NCBI RefSeq assembly: GCF_001194135.2
Contig: NC_068999.1
Location: 50,071,410-50,109,368, forward strand
Direction of reading: 5' to 3'
Source: Octopus bimaculoides
Lineage: Eukaryota
DNA: 37,959 nt
The notes below the pieces were generated by a model, which had not been told where the DNA came from, did not search any database, and saw only the letters and a list, made by a program, of their open reading frames with translations. The position numbers and the translations under genes are program-made. Positions 12,454 to 23,876 of this stretch are shown here, one piece after another; the first letter of the stretch is position 1; the number at the start of each line of letters is the position of its first letter.

Positions 12454-12857
12454 CCCTTTAGCATTCAGATTACTTTATCGAATGTAATGCTTCTCTACCA
12501 TTGTTTTGAATAAACCTTTTAGTGTTCAGATGACTGTCAAATGTAATGCTTATTTATTCACATTGTTTTGGATTTATTGTGCGTTATCCCTTAGCTTCAA
12601 GAGTTTGATGTGATTGTTTACTTTTAAAATGACATTGTAGTATAGGTGTGAGAGGCCAGATCTGGCCAGTTTGAACAAAGGCAAGTAAAATATTTTGGGC
12701 CGGATATGGCCCAAAATATGGGCTGATCATGCATTATCTTGCAGCTTCAAGATTTCAAAAATGTGATTGTTTAGAATTAGAATAACATTGTAGGGTAGGC
12801 ATGAGAGGCCAGTTCTGGCTGGTCTGAACACAAAAGATAGGATATTGATATGGCCAG
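12454..12857 (-). mobile_element. Nested pair of piggyBac-like MITEs (inner about 12515-12710 within outer 12454-12510 plus 12727-12857)
   Basis: The outer copy breaks at the family's internal ttgttttgaa-TTAA-tcatgcattatc site and a second copy in the same orientation fills the break. Confidence 0.75.
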
Positions 12858-12883
12858 GGTTTTTTTGGCAGGGGCTTATTATA

Positions 12884-13059
12884 TGGTTCCTTTATTTGAT
12901 TCCAAATATGCCTCTTTATGAGGGTTTCTTTGTGACATTTTTATAGTTTTATTTTTATTTTTTCTTGTTCTACTCCACTTGAATAGTTGTTTACTTGATT
13001 TGTGCCTTGCACCAAGTCATATATCTAGCCTGGGGTTATGCAACTTGTTTATCCAGTTG
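12884..13059 (+). repeat. Direct repeat copy 1 (intron 2), paired with 13503-13661
   Basis: Shared colinear blocks TGATTCCAAATATG, CTCCACTTGAATAGTTG, TTGATTTGTGCCTTGCACC and GCCTGGGGTTA-GCAACTTGTTTATCCA-TTG. Confidence 0.9.
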
Positions 13060-13063
13060 TTAA

Positions 13064-13268
13064 CCCTTAAGCATTTAAAGCGGCCATATCCATCCAAAAT
13101 AATGTTATCTTCAGACTAGTTGGATCTGGCCTCTCACATTTGCCCTACAATATTCTATAAATAATCACATCACTGAAATCTCAAAGCTACAAAGTAATGC
13201 ACGACTAATTCATATCAATGTGAATAAATAGACATTTCATTTGACAGAGAAATCTGAATGTTTAAGGG
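13064..13268 (+). mobile_element. piggyBac-like MITE, 73 nt upstream of exon 3
   Basis: TTAA|CCCTTAAGCATTTAAA...TTTAAGGG|TTTA, colinear with the family. Confidence 0.85.
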
Positions 13269-13341
13269 TTTAAACCTCAAAAAGTTGCCATTCAACCTCA
13301 TTGTTTGTTGCTGTTTTTAATTGTGCTTTTTAATGTTTCAG

Positions 13342-13458
13342 TTTAATTTTGTTGGACGAATATTGGGCCCACGAGGGATGACTGCTAAAGAACTTGAACA
13401 ATACACAGGCTGTAAAATCATGGTACGAGGGAAAGGATCAATGCGGGACAAAGTAAAG
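13342..13458 (+). CDS. qki: qki exon 3 (phase 0 to 0), KH GxxG loop: [39 protein letters not shown]
   Basis: Acceptor tgtttcag|TTT, donor AAG|gtaagt, 117 nt, near identity to the QKI/How KH domain. Confidence 0.98.
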
Positions 13459-13502
13459 GTAAGTTCTTTGGGGGTCTTTTTTTTTTATTTTTCCTTACAA
13501 TT

Positions 13503-13661
13503 TGGTTCCATTATGATTCCAAATATGGCTTTTAAGAGGAGGTTTCTTGTGACATTTTTATAGTTTTTTTTTTAATTTTCTCCACTTGAATAGTTGCTTA
13601 ATTGATTTGTGCCTTGCACCTAATAGCTGGCCTGGGGTTACGCAACTTGTTTATCCAATTG
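13503..13661 (+). repeat. Direct repeat copy 2 (intron 3)
   Basis: See 12884-13059. Starts 45 nt after the exon 3 donor. Confidence 0.9.
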
Positions 13662-14194
13662 AAAGTGGCTAGTAAACAAATTCTTGCTTTATTTAGCTTA
13701 TTGATTTTTGAATATGAATTTCCCCACCTCTTGTCCTTTGAGGAATGTCTTTAGATTCAATAGCCATTAAATTTTGGCAATTGAACACTCATATTTTTGT
13801 CAGAATTTGGTGCTGCCTGAAATATTTAGACAATTTCAGCTTCTGTGTGTGCGTGCACTTGTATATGTGCAAATGTGACTGCGTGGTTATCTGAACTTGT
13901 TTTGTAGTATAGTCAGAACCAATCAATTCCTTGTGGCAGAATTTAGTAAGATATAAAACTGCAGGAAGCCTAGAGTGTGTGTGTATTGCTATTCTGCACT
14001 TGTCAACAGAAGTCATGCAGTGATATTGTTAATGTGCTTTGTCACCCTGCATTTTTGAAGTCCTCTGGAATATTAAAAACAGGTAAGGAGTTGTAGACAA
14101 GTATGTGAGACAGCAAAATCCCTCTTCAAATAACACCCCATCCAAACAAGTCTATAGTGGCATGTGGAACAGACATGAAATATGTATGTATATA

Positions 14195-14600
14195 AGAGAG
14201 GAGTGGCTTTGTTGTTTAGGAGTTTGCTTCCCAACCGTATAATTTTGAGTTCAGTCCCATTGTCCGATACCCTGGGTAAATGTGTTTTACTATGTGTTGG
14301 ACTCTGGTCAACCAAAGCCTTATGAATGGATTCGACAGATGGAAACTGGGAGAAACTAATTTTGTGTTGGTGTGTATATGTTCGTGCCTCCATATCTTGA
14401 TATCATGCAATTGTTGAAAAATGAATCGTTCCTTTCCAATATTCTGCAGAATCACATCATGGGACGGGGGGAAAATATTACCTTGCTTGGAAACAGGTGA
14501 GAGTTGGCAACAGGGAGAGCATCTGGTTGCAGAAAATCTTCCTAAATAAACTTGATCAGACCCATACAAGTATAGGAAAGTGACTTTTAATATGATAATG
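14195..14600 (+). mobile_element. CORE-type SINE, tail type B
   Basis: GGAGTGGCT head, GTTCAGTCCC, then AAATATTACCTTGCTTGGAAACAGGTGAGAGTTGGCAACAGG...AGAAAATCT. Confidence 0.78.
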
Positions 14601-15522
14601 ATTTTATATATCACACACACACACACACACACCCTTGAGATATTAGTTAAGATGAAGGCTTCATAGAAACATTACTGGAACACATTTAAAATCAGTGTAT
14701 TTTGGTGAAAATGCTCTTGACTTTTATGGGCGGGATTGTTTGCTCTCAACAATGTAAATCATCAAATTTGCAAATATTTCTACAGCTGGTTGCCCATCAT
14801 TGAACTGTTAAACAAGATGGCACCTTCTGCAAATTGAAATTTAGTTTTTTTTCCTTTTTTTTTTTTGTTATTTACTTTAAGGTTCCTGTCATCATCATTT
14901 ATCAAAGTTCTGATGTATTGTTTGTATAATAAGTCACCCAGGAACAAGTACTTTGCTTTCAAAAATAACAAATTCAGTTTTCTTAATCCTTTCATTCTCC
15001 TTTCTTTGAGTGGTGGCTGGAGAAGGAGGGGGGCAGGGGCTGAAATTATCATTCAACCAGTTTTTATATCTATACTGGTTCTGGTCGGTAACTTATTAAT
15101 TTCAATTATCTGTGCAAACGTTTAGTTCTTTTGCCGTTCCAAGCAAATGTTTTCACAGACCCAATGTTTTCACAGCTGGTTTTTATAGCTATTTTCCTAC
15201 TTTGAACACCAATTGCTCTTATCAAGAACAGTTGATATTTTTATCATTTCACTTCCTGGAAGCGAGTCAATATGACTAAGAATGACAATGCTGTGTGTGC
15301 TTTGGGACTGGATGCATTTCACTGCTTCGTTTCTTTCACCCACCTCTTACTAGCCAGTTCAAACCTCAACTTAAATCTATTGCTGTGATTTATTAATTTC
15401 TTCTGAGGTTAGTTAGTCTCAATTAATTGTTCTGAAAAATGTTAGTCATGTCTGATTACGAGAGGCAACAGTAGGATTCTGAACAAATGTTAGTTGGGAG
15501 ACGTTTAGTTTATAAAACTTTA

Positions 15523-15914
15523 GGCGCAGGAGTGGCTGTGTGGTAAGTAACTTGCTTACCAACCACATGGTTCTGGGTTCAGTCCCACTGCGTGACACCT
15601 TGGGCAAGTGTCTTCTACTATAGCCTCAGGCTGACCAAAGCCTCGTGAGTGGATTTGGTAGACAGAAACTGAAAGAAGCCTGTTGTATATATGTATGTAT
15701 ATATATATGTGTGTGTATGTTTGTGTGTCTGTGTTTGTCTCCCCCAACATCGCTTGACAACCGATGCTGGTGTGTCTGTCCCCGTAACTTAGTGGTTTGG
15801 CAAAAGAGACCGATAGAGTAAGTACTAGGCTTACAAAGAATAAGTCCTGGGGTCGACTAAAGGTGGTGCTCCAGCATGGCCGCAGTCAAATGACTGAAAC
15901 AAGTAAAAGAGTAA
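15523..15914 (+). mobile_element. CORE-type SINE, tail type A, full length
   Basis: GGCGCAGGAGTGGCTGTGTGG...GACTGAAACAAGTAAAAGAGTAAG, high identity to the 27822 copy. Confidence 0.92.
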
Positions 15915-15924
15915 GTGCATCATG

Positions 15925-16295
15925 ACTGTGTGGGTATGAAGTTCAATTCCCATCCACGTGGTTTCAGGTTCAGTCCCCCTGTATGGCACCTTGGGCAAGC
16001 AACATCCTATGTCTTCCAACCAACCAAATCCTTGTGAACGGATTTGGTTGACAGAAACTGAAAGAAGCCCGTCGTATGTGTCTCAGTTTGACACCCTTTG
16101 ATAGTTTTGAGTATCATTTTCATACAAGCAGTATCATTTATTTCCAGTCTTCCATGAAAACATGTCCAACCAAGAAAATATTAACTTTTGGGAAGCAGTC
16201 GGGGGTTGGCAACAGGAAGGGCAATTTGCTCATAGAAAATCTACCTTAACGAATTCTAACTAACCCATGCAAGCATGGAAAAATGGACATTGAAG
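15925..16295 (+). mobile_element. CORE-type SINE, tail type B, directly after the 15523 copy
   Basis: GGTTCAGTCCCC...GGCACCTTGGGCAAG...GGTTGGCAACAGGAAGGGCA...CCCATGCAAGCATGGAAAAATGGAC. Confidence 0.78.
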
Positions 16296-17399
16296 CAATA
16301 TTCCATTAGCTTTTCAAGAGGAAATTCTTCCAGTCTGTTTACCAGTATTGTTGCACTTCATTTTAAGTGCTGCTAATCAGTTGCTTTTTAAGGAAACTAA
16401 AAAAAAATTAAATTAAACAAAAACTCAACCTGGGGTGATTTTTGGATGCATGTAGCACAGAAATTCACAACAATTTCAGCGTTTGAAATTGAACTGCTTT
16501 ATTTTTCATTCTTACTTTCTGTTTAACTTTTTCTTAATGTTATTCTACTAATTCTAATTACTTAACAATAACCAAGATATATCTTCTACCCATTGTCTGG
16601 AAATACTTTTCCAGAGAAAATATCTTAGGACTAGCTAGGAAGAGGGCGAGTGTCAGAACTAAACTTGGCTATGGCATTTTAGTTTCTGCAATTGTAAAAC
16701 CTTTATATTCTAACATTAAACAAACAAGGATTAAATATAGTCTGGTGGGGATTTATAGATTTTAAGATTCTATTGCTGAAAATGCAACACGAGAATGAAG
16801 TCTAAAGACCCATTTTTCAGTCGCATGACAGTGACAATATCATTTTAAGGTGCAGGATTTTTCAATACCAATCTCATGGTTAATGAAATGAGCGCTGAAT
16901 TTTTTCTCCAAAGCAAACATAGCCGTTTTTAACTGAGGAAGGATTTTGTGTTGAAAACTCAACTCGCCCCAGCTTGGATTAAAAACAAAAAAAAAAAGGT
17001 GGGTTACATGGTTAATTGTTATGAAAACTGGACTATATTATCATATACTCTGTGTTGTGTGTTCAGTCAGAAGTCTACTAAGCAGTCCATTGTTAGACTA
17101 GAAACCTTATTTGATATCTGTTAATCTGTTTATAATAAATATTTGAGTTCAATGTTTGATTGACACCATACTTGACAATGTTCAATTTAAAAAAAAAAAT
17201 TGTGCACGAAACTTCAGTTTCTCTCTCAAAAGTGGAGATTTTATGAGGGTTTTCTCTTTCCATCCCCTCCTAAGCTTTGCACTGTTGCCTTCATATAGTT
17301 TTGTACTTAACCTCAATGATTCTAGAATTTTGCATATGCTTCGACAGTACAGCCACAAACAAATTCTAGATCACATCTGAAGGGAGGCCATTTGAGCGT

Positions 17400-17620
17400 T
17401 AGACAACAATTCACTCACCAACATGCAATGACCAATAGCTTGCAGTTCTGTTTCACTGCCCTGTCCCCTTATAACTAAATAGCTGTACAACCCTCTTCCA
17501 GTCTCACAGTACATCAGTCTTTGCTCCTTATTACTCCAAATATGACCCAACTGCTCTCCCAGGTTCTGCTCTTGTCCCGGTCATTCTCCCTTCAAAACTT
17601 CAAACCTCCAGGGTTCACTT
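17400..17620 (-). mobile_element. Possible decayed RTE-like RT fragment
   Basis: My minus-strand translation gives DWKRVVQLFSYKGTG among stops, loosely like the DW...YKGKGD motif at the start of RTE RT domains. Confidence 0.25.
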
Positions 17621-18332
17621 CCTGCCCATATTTTTCGTGTAGGTATGAACCTACTGATACTGAAGGTCAAGGGCATTGAGACTAAGTAACAGATGTCAAC
17701 TAACTTGCTACTAGAATGTGGCAATGACCTATTTATTTGACAAGATGTCAAACTAGCTGCTGAAAGGAAATTGACCTAGTTGACTTATGCCAACTAACTG
17801 CTGTTAAGACTATTGACTTATTTATTTTACTGTAGAAGTCAGCCTGCTGCTGATACTCCAAGTCATGAACAATACCACTTCCTAGAAATTTTTTTTAATT
17901 ATAATCTTAACTATTTGGCTGAGTTGTTGGTGTGGAGTAGATTGTCTTATAACTCTGATCTGAGTTCAAATTTCATTGAGGTCAACATAGCTTTTCATCC
18001 GCTTAAGGATTGATTTTTAAAAAGAAAAAAAAAAAGTTCAGGACAGTGGATTGGCAGAACATGTTAAGTCTGTTGACATAGCTCGTGGTATCAGTTCCTG
18101 CTCTTTGCATTCTAAAAGCAATATCTGCAATGATGCTGGTGGTACCAAGCTGTATAGGTTCAAGTTCAGCAATCTTTCTCTTAGATAAAACATTGGTGAA
18201 GAGAAATATGCACCCATAGCCAATTGCCAGTCAAGAAGTGAGGACCAAAAAATAAAACTTCCTTGAGCTTGCACATTATCAGCTGTGCCAATGCAAGGCT
18301 ATCGCTGACTAAAGTAGACTATATAAACATAT

Positions 18333-18336
<4 letters not shown>

Positions 18337-18409
<73 letters not shown>
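18337..18409. repeat. (CA)n microsatellite running into an assembly gap
   Basis: Direct reading. Confidence 0.97.
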
Positions 18410-18487
18410 NNNNNNNNNNNNNNNNNNNNNNNNNNNNNNNNNNNNNNNNNNNNNNNNNNNNNNNNNNNNNNNNNNNNNNNNNNNNNN
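18410..18487. other. Assembly gap (78 N). Further 10-N gaps at 25864-25873, 32037-32046 and 35697-35706
   Basis: N runs in the sequence. Confidence 0.99.
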
Positions 18488-19039
18488 GCCATGAGGACAA
18501 AATGACCCAAATATGATTAATATATCTGAAAAAGCAAAAATATATTTTTCCCCGAGATAGTCATATGAACGAATATTGTCTGCACTGTGCGTGTGTACAC
18601 ACACACACACACACACACACGTGCATACATTTGTGTGAATGTATATTGAACTAAATAAACTAAGCTAGCTTGTCTCATGTTGAGTAGTGTATTCATACAC
18701 GCACACACAGTGGTAAAGTTCAGAAGGTAGGGTCAAGAATTTAAACTTTAGAGCCAATGTTTAACTCCCGAAGTGTCTATTCACAGCTTTAAATAGCAAC
18801 TTTCAATGCATTAGCTTGGATTGTATCCCCACCCTTTCAGGATATTGTGAACCCACAAGGGATTGTGAGTTTTCGTAGAAGTAGAGAAATGTAAACCAAA
18901 TGCATTTAAAAAAAAAAAAAAACTCTGTTAGGATTAATATATGAATAGGATTTTGTTATCGATGAGTACAAAATTTGACTGATGGTGCCACAAAGTCTGA
19001 TATGTAATTATGGAGCAGTTTCCATAAATATTGGACATC

Positions 19040-19217
19040 ATCATTTAATAATCATTCTTGTAGGAGTCAGACAGAGTTAAATTTTCTATGGCCAGAATCC
19101 CTTCCTGTCACCAACTTTTACATTTCCAAGCAAGTTAACATTTTCCATGGAAGACTAGGAACAAACAACATCGCTTGTATGATAGTGATGTTCATCCACA
19201 CACCGGGGCAAGGGTGT

Positions 19218-19272
<55 letters not shown>

Positions 19273-19420
19273 ATGAGCTTCTTTCAGTTTCTAACTACCA
19301 AATCCACTCACAAGACTTTGGTCGGCCCAGAGTTACAGTAGAAAACTCACAAGGTGGCACCATGCCATGGGACTGAACCCAAGACCATGTTTCAGAAGCA
19401 AGCTTCTCAACCACATAGCC
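19040..19420 (-). mobile_element. CORE-type SINE, tail type B, with a (CA)n tract
   Basis: TTTCTATGGCCAGAATCCCTTCCTG...(CA)n...CCAAATCCACTCACAAG...GGGACTGAACCC. Confidence 0.8.
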
Positions 19421-19736
19421 ACATTGCACCCAATTCATGCAAGTGTATAAAAAGAGAGACAGGTCGGATGAGATAAATTTTGTGCACTAGCTTCTGTTCG
19501 ATTAAAAAAAAAAAAACTTTTTCTTTTGTCTTTACAAAACACAAGGGAAGAGATGTTTGCAAATTGCCATTCTGTAAAAGTGGGGGTGGTACTAAGCTGC
19601 CAAATGTTGAGGAACTCCCTCCCTCCCCGACTTGTACTTAAATATTGAAACGGCACCAAGTGTGCCAATACCTTTTGACTTTTGCTGGGCTTCTTGACTG
19701 TTCGCTCAATGGCTTTTGGATTTTCCTACTATGCAG

Positions 19737-19880
19737 GAGGAGTTGAATCGGGGAAAGCCAAACTGGGAACACTTGAACGAAGAGTTGCATGTACTCATCA
19801 CTGTAGAAGACACACGTAACAGAGCAGAAATCAAGTTACAGAAGGCTGTCGAAGAAGTGAAACGACTATTGGTGCCAGCA
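19737..19880 (+). CDS. qki: qki exon 4 (phase 0 to 0): [48 protein letters not shown]
   Basis: Acceptor tatgcag|GAG, donor GCA|gtaagt, 144 nt, QKI-like [21 protein letters not shown]. Confidence 0.98.
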
Positions 19881-20050
19881 GTAAGTAACACAGTAATAAT
19901 TGTCTTTTTTAAGGTGGTTTGAGTAGACAAGTATTGGTAAATGCAAGAATCTGAAGGCAGGGTTGGCAGACGGGGAAAGAGGAGGGGCAGTATTGTTAGT
20001 TTTTTTTCTAAAACAGTAGGTTCTAAAAATTGCTTAATTCTGCTTAGTTT

Positions 20051-20053
<3 letters not shown>

Positions 20054-20108
<55 letters not shown>
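20054..20108. repeat. Poly(T) run of about 55 nt
   Basis: Direct reading. Confidence 0.95.
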
Positions 20109-20109
<1 letters not shown>

Positions 20110-21367
20110 ACTGCTGATATTATAATAATGTAATTTATTAATAAAAATAATCATAATAATGAATTTACTAAGCCAATGGCAAATCTGTATTACAAGACTA
20201 GTGTTTCTTTCTGGTGACTAAATTTTCATCACAGCATGGAAAGGGTTCTAACTAAGCTAATAAAGCAAACTAGTCTTTTTCTCTTATTTTTTTTCCTTGT
20301 TGCTTGATTAAAGTGGAAAAAAAAAAAAAAAAACTAATTAAAATTTTTTTTTTTCACCCTGAATCTGATGGGTGGGGTGCAGCAGAGATAATAATTTCAT
20401 GCATATCTTTTCTTTGTAACACTATTTGCTTGTCAATTCTAAGATCTCTCTAATATGGAAATGCATGACCTTAGCTTCCTTTACTTATCTTAAATATTTA
20501 GTCTCTCAGGTTTCTTATTTTCTATAGGATTTTTTTTAAAGTATATTTTAGTGTCCTGTGACCAGGAAGATAAATAAAAAAGAAATTTTATATGCTCCTG
20601 AAAATTTTATGAGAAGGATTTTTTCTCCTTTCTTTCTCTCCCTCTCTCTCTCGTGTCCCACCACCAACATTAGTTTATTTAGCTAATTTCACATTTGTAC
20701 CATTATAATTACTCCTTGTTTTTCATCAGTACAAAAGTTGTTCCCCTCATTTTCCTCTTGTCTTGTTTACTTCAATAAATTATTGGCATTTCTCTTATTT
20801 TCTAAGCATTCTTGCTTTATAATACTGCTCGAAATTTTTGAGTATTTCATTTTCAACATGTTCACATCAGAGGACAATAGCAGTCGGCAGAGCACGGACA
20901 AAACTGCCTTGTTGTATATGGTTATGTCCTACATGTTCTGTGTTCAAAATCTATCAGGTCAACTTAACCTCTCATCCTTCCAATAATTGGTGTTGATGTA
21001 ATAGACTATAGCTGAGAAAGGACTACCCCAGCATGGCCACAGTCCAAGGACTAAGTATTGTTCTTTCTCTCAGTAATTATTCCCAGTATATTCATTATAT
21101 TTTAGTATATAAATGAAATACAGCATATAATGTCTATCTCATCTTGAAACTTGAGTTTTGTGTTCCGCCTTGCCTAATATTAGTGCCAGCCTCACTTAGC
21201 TTTAGGCTTGTGTGTATTTGCTCTATGAATTTGTTTCTGTGAAAATTCTCATTCAGCCAAAAACATTTTGTACCGTTTTGCTTTTTGTACTTTTGACTGA
21301 AAATGTCTTAATGTGGCTGCAGAGATATTTGAGGAAAAGTTGAGGAAAATTTTCTTTTCTTTATTAA

Positions 21368-21510
21368 CCCTTTAGCATTTAAATCGGCTATATCCAGCCC
21401 AAATATTCTGTCTGTTTTAAGTTTAAACCAGTCAGATCTGGACTCTCACACCTACCATACAATGTCATTCTGAAAATAATCACAGCATTGAAATCTTGAA
21501 TCTCTGAGGT
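21368..21510 (+). mobile_element. piggyBac-like MITE, truncated at the right end
   Basis: TTAA|CCCTTTAGCATTTAAA start. Similarity ends at about 21510. Confidence 0.8.
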
Positions 21511-21534
21511 AATCTATGGTCTTAGTACTTATCA

Positions 21535-21830
21535 TGAGAGTGCAGGCGTGTGGTGTAATTGTATTTTACATTTGTGCTCCAGTCTTAAGATTAGTTTGAA
21601 TTTCTGTATTGGGCACTACATTGTGTTCTTGAGCAAGAAAAAAAAAACCGCTTCACTTCATGTTGCTCCAGTCCAGTTAGTTGTGAATAAGTTCCAGCAT
21701 TAGTTGGGCAGTTAACCCTGTGATAGACTGGCATCCCATTCAGTGGTGGAGGAATGTTATAATCTGTCACGTATACTCCATGGAAACCTGATTAAGCCCT
21801 GACCTTATGAATCCAAGGACTCAAGACAGA
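21535..21830 (+). mobile_element. Third SINE-like repeat (CORE-like block plus a V-domain-like block)
   Basis: TTCTTGAGCAAG...CTTCATGTTGCTCCAGTCCA and AACCCTGTGATAGACTGGCATCCCATTCAG. Family assignment is from memory only. Confidence 0.45.
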
Positions 21831-22676
21831 CCTAACTTATCACATGAGGCACGAAAGACCCTTAAAAAAAAATTCCTCTCCTGCTAATGTAAGTCGAGCT
21901 ATGTTTCAAAGTAAGTCTTCAATAGCCAAAATGCAGTTATGGACTGACTTGACCTACAGGTCATCCCATAGAAAACCCTTCATCCAGCAATCTGTTCTGT
22001 CTGTGAATGGGTTTCACTTGTGGAAATTCTTAGCCGTACACAGTATGGTTGTGTGATTAACAGGTTCACTTTACAACTACACAGTTCAGTCCTAATGTGT
22101 GACATTTTGCGTAAGTGTCTTCTATAATTTCAAGCTAACCTGTACTCCATGACTGGGATTTGGCACATAGAAATGGTACAGTAGTTCATAATGTGTGTAA
22201 TTGTTTCTTAATATCCTGTCTGTTAGTCTGGTAATCAATAAGATAGGTACTAGAAGTGCTGGGAATGATCGATATATAAATGACTAAATACATGATGAAA
22301 GCAATGTCCTCAGCATAGCTGCAGTCCAATGACCGAAACCAGTCGAAAAATATAGCAAAGTAGTAATATTTGGTATGTGTAATAATGGTGTTTTCCACAT
22401 TTTTATTTTCATTATTTTATTTTTCTGTTCTGTTGAATGTTGTGGTGATTGGAGCCACATCTTTGGAGATTTTAAGGAAATGGGTTAAATGCAAAAAAAA
22501 AAAAAGAAATTTCTTTTTCCTACAAAGCAAAATAATAGAGATTAGTCGTTTATTTGCTTGTATTAGATTTCTAAAACTATTGTTTAAGAATCCTGCAACA
22601 ATTTTTATTACATGCTTCGAGGAAGGACAGTCAACTTGATTCCAAACATGTAAGTAAATCTACATTGTGTGTCATA

Positions 22677-22812
22677 CACATATATATACTCACACATGTA
22701 TGTGCATATACATATGTACATATGTATATCTACATACATATATATATATATATATATAGAAATATATATATATATATATATATTCTAGATGTGTGTATTA
22801 TATATATATATA
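22677..22812. repeat. (TA)/(CA)-rich low-complexity tract
   Basis: Direct reading. Confidence 0.9.
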
Positions 22813-23733
22813 TTCTGGAAGGTTCTTGCATGATTATCTCCCAAACATAGGTGTAAAGCTTTCTTTGTTTATATTTTTATATTATTTCCACTTTATTTAT
22901 TTATTTTTTTTCCTTCACATTCTATTTGCTATATATATATATTATATATTTGGTGATAATGTTTCTTAGCTGTTGTCTTCTGTGGCTCTTCAATTCCAAT
23001 TTCACAGGTTGCCAGTTGCTTTTAACAAAAAAAGAAAAAAAAAATATTTTATAAATATTTGCACTTTGGTACTTATTGTAATTTTTTTGTAATTTTTATT
23101 TTCCTATTTTTTCCATTTGCTTCAGTTGTTTTTTTTTTTTTTTTCCTGAAATGTGATATTTGCAAAACACCTTTCTTGTCTCCCCCTTCCCCCTCCTCTA
23201 CACTCGCTTTCATGTTGTCATTTAAACTCAAACGTGTGTGTGTGTGTGTCTTATGTAGATGTTAGTATAACAAGCAACTTGTTCATTCAGTAAAAGAAAT
23301 TGCAAAAAAAAATATATATATAAAGTTTCTATTAAAATTAAAAAAAAAAATTCCTGGCAACAAGCTGCATGCTTTATTAAAATACAAAAAAAAAAAAAAT
23401 TGTAAATAAATTCATATCTGAATATATATTACTTTCATATTAGTTTCTCTATTGCATGTTTATCTTGTTTTTTTTTTTTTACCCCCTTTCACACTTAAAC
23501 ACTTCCCCTTCTCCCCTCACACTTGTAAATTTTTAAGAGAAAACTGCATGATAATTCCCCACCCATTCCCATCAATAGTATCACAAACTTGCTGTGGTTC
23601 TGCTATTCATATCCCCGATGCTTTTTTTTTCCTTCTAAAAAGCAGTGATTTCTTTCTCTTCCTTCCTTCTGTATGTATGTGGATAAGCTCATGTATTACT
23701 AGTTACTGATTTCAGATACTATTATACTCTTAA

Positions 23734-23876
23734 ATTGGTTGGCGTTAGGAAGGGCATCCAGCTTTAGATACCATGCCAAAAACAGTCATAGAACCTACTT
23801 GTGCCCTCTGGCTTGTCTGTTCTTGTCAAACTGTCCAACTCATGCCAGCATGGGAAAAAAGGCATGTTAAATTATT
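23734..23876 (+). mobile_element. RTE-like LINE 3' end fragment
   Basis: GGTTGGCGTTAGGAAGGGCATCCAGC...TCAAACTGTCCAACTCATGCCAGCATGG...GTTAAAT, the same motifs as the SINE type B tails. Confidence 0.65.

Noticed and set aside
20871-20920. Possible 50-nt cryptic exon in intron 4 (cag|AGG...ATG|gttatg)
   Set aside because: Weak splice sites, frameshifting and no homology.
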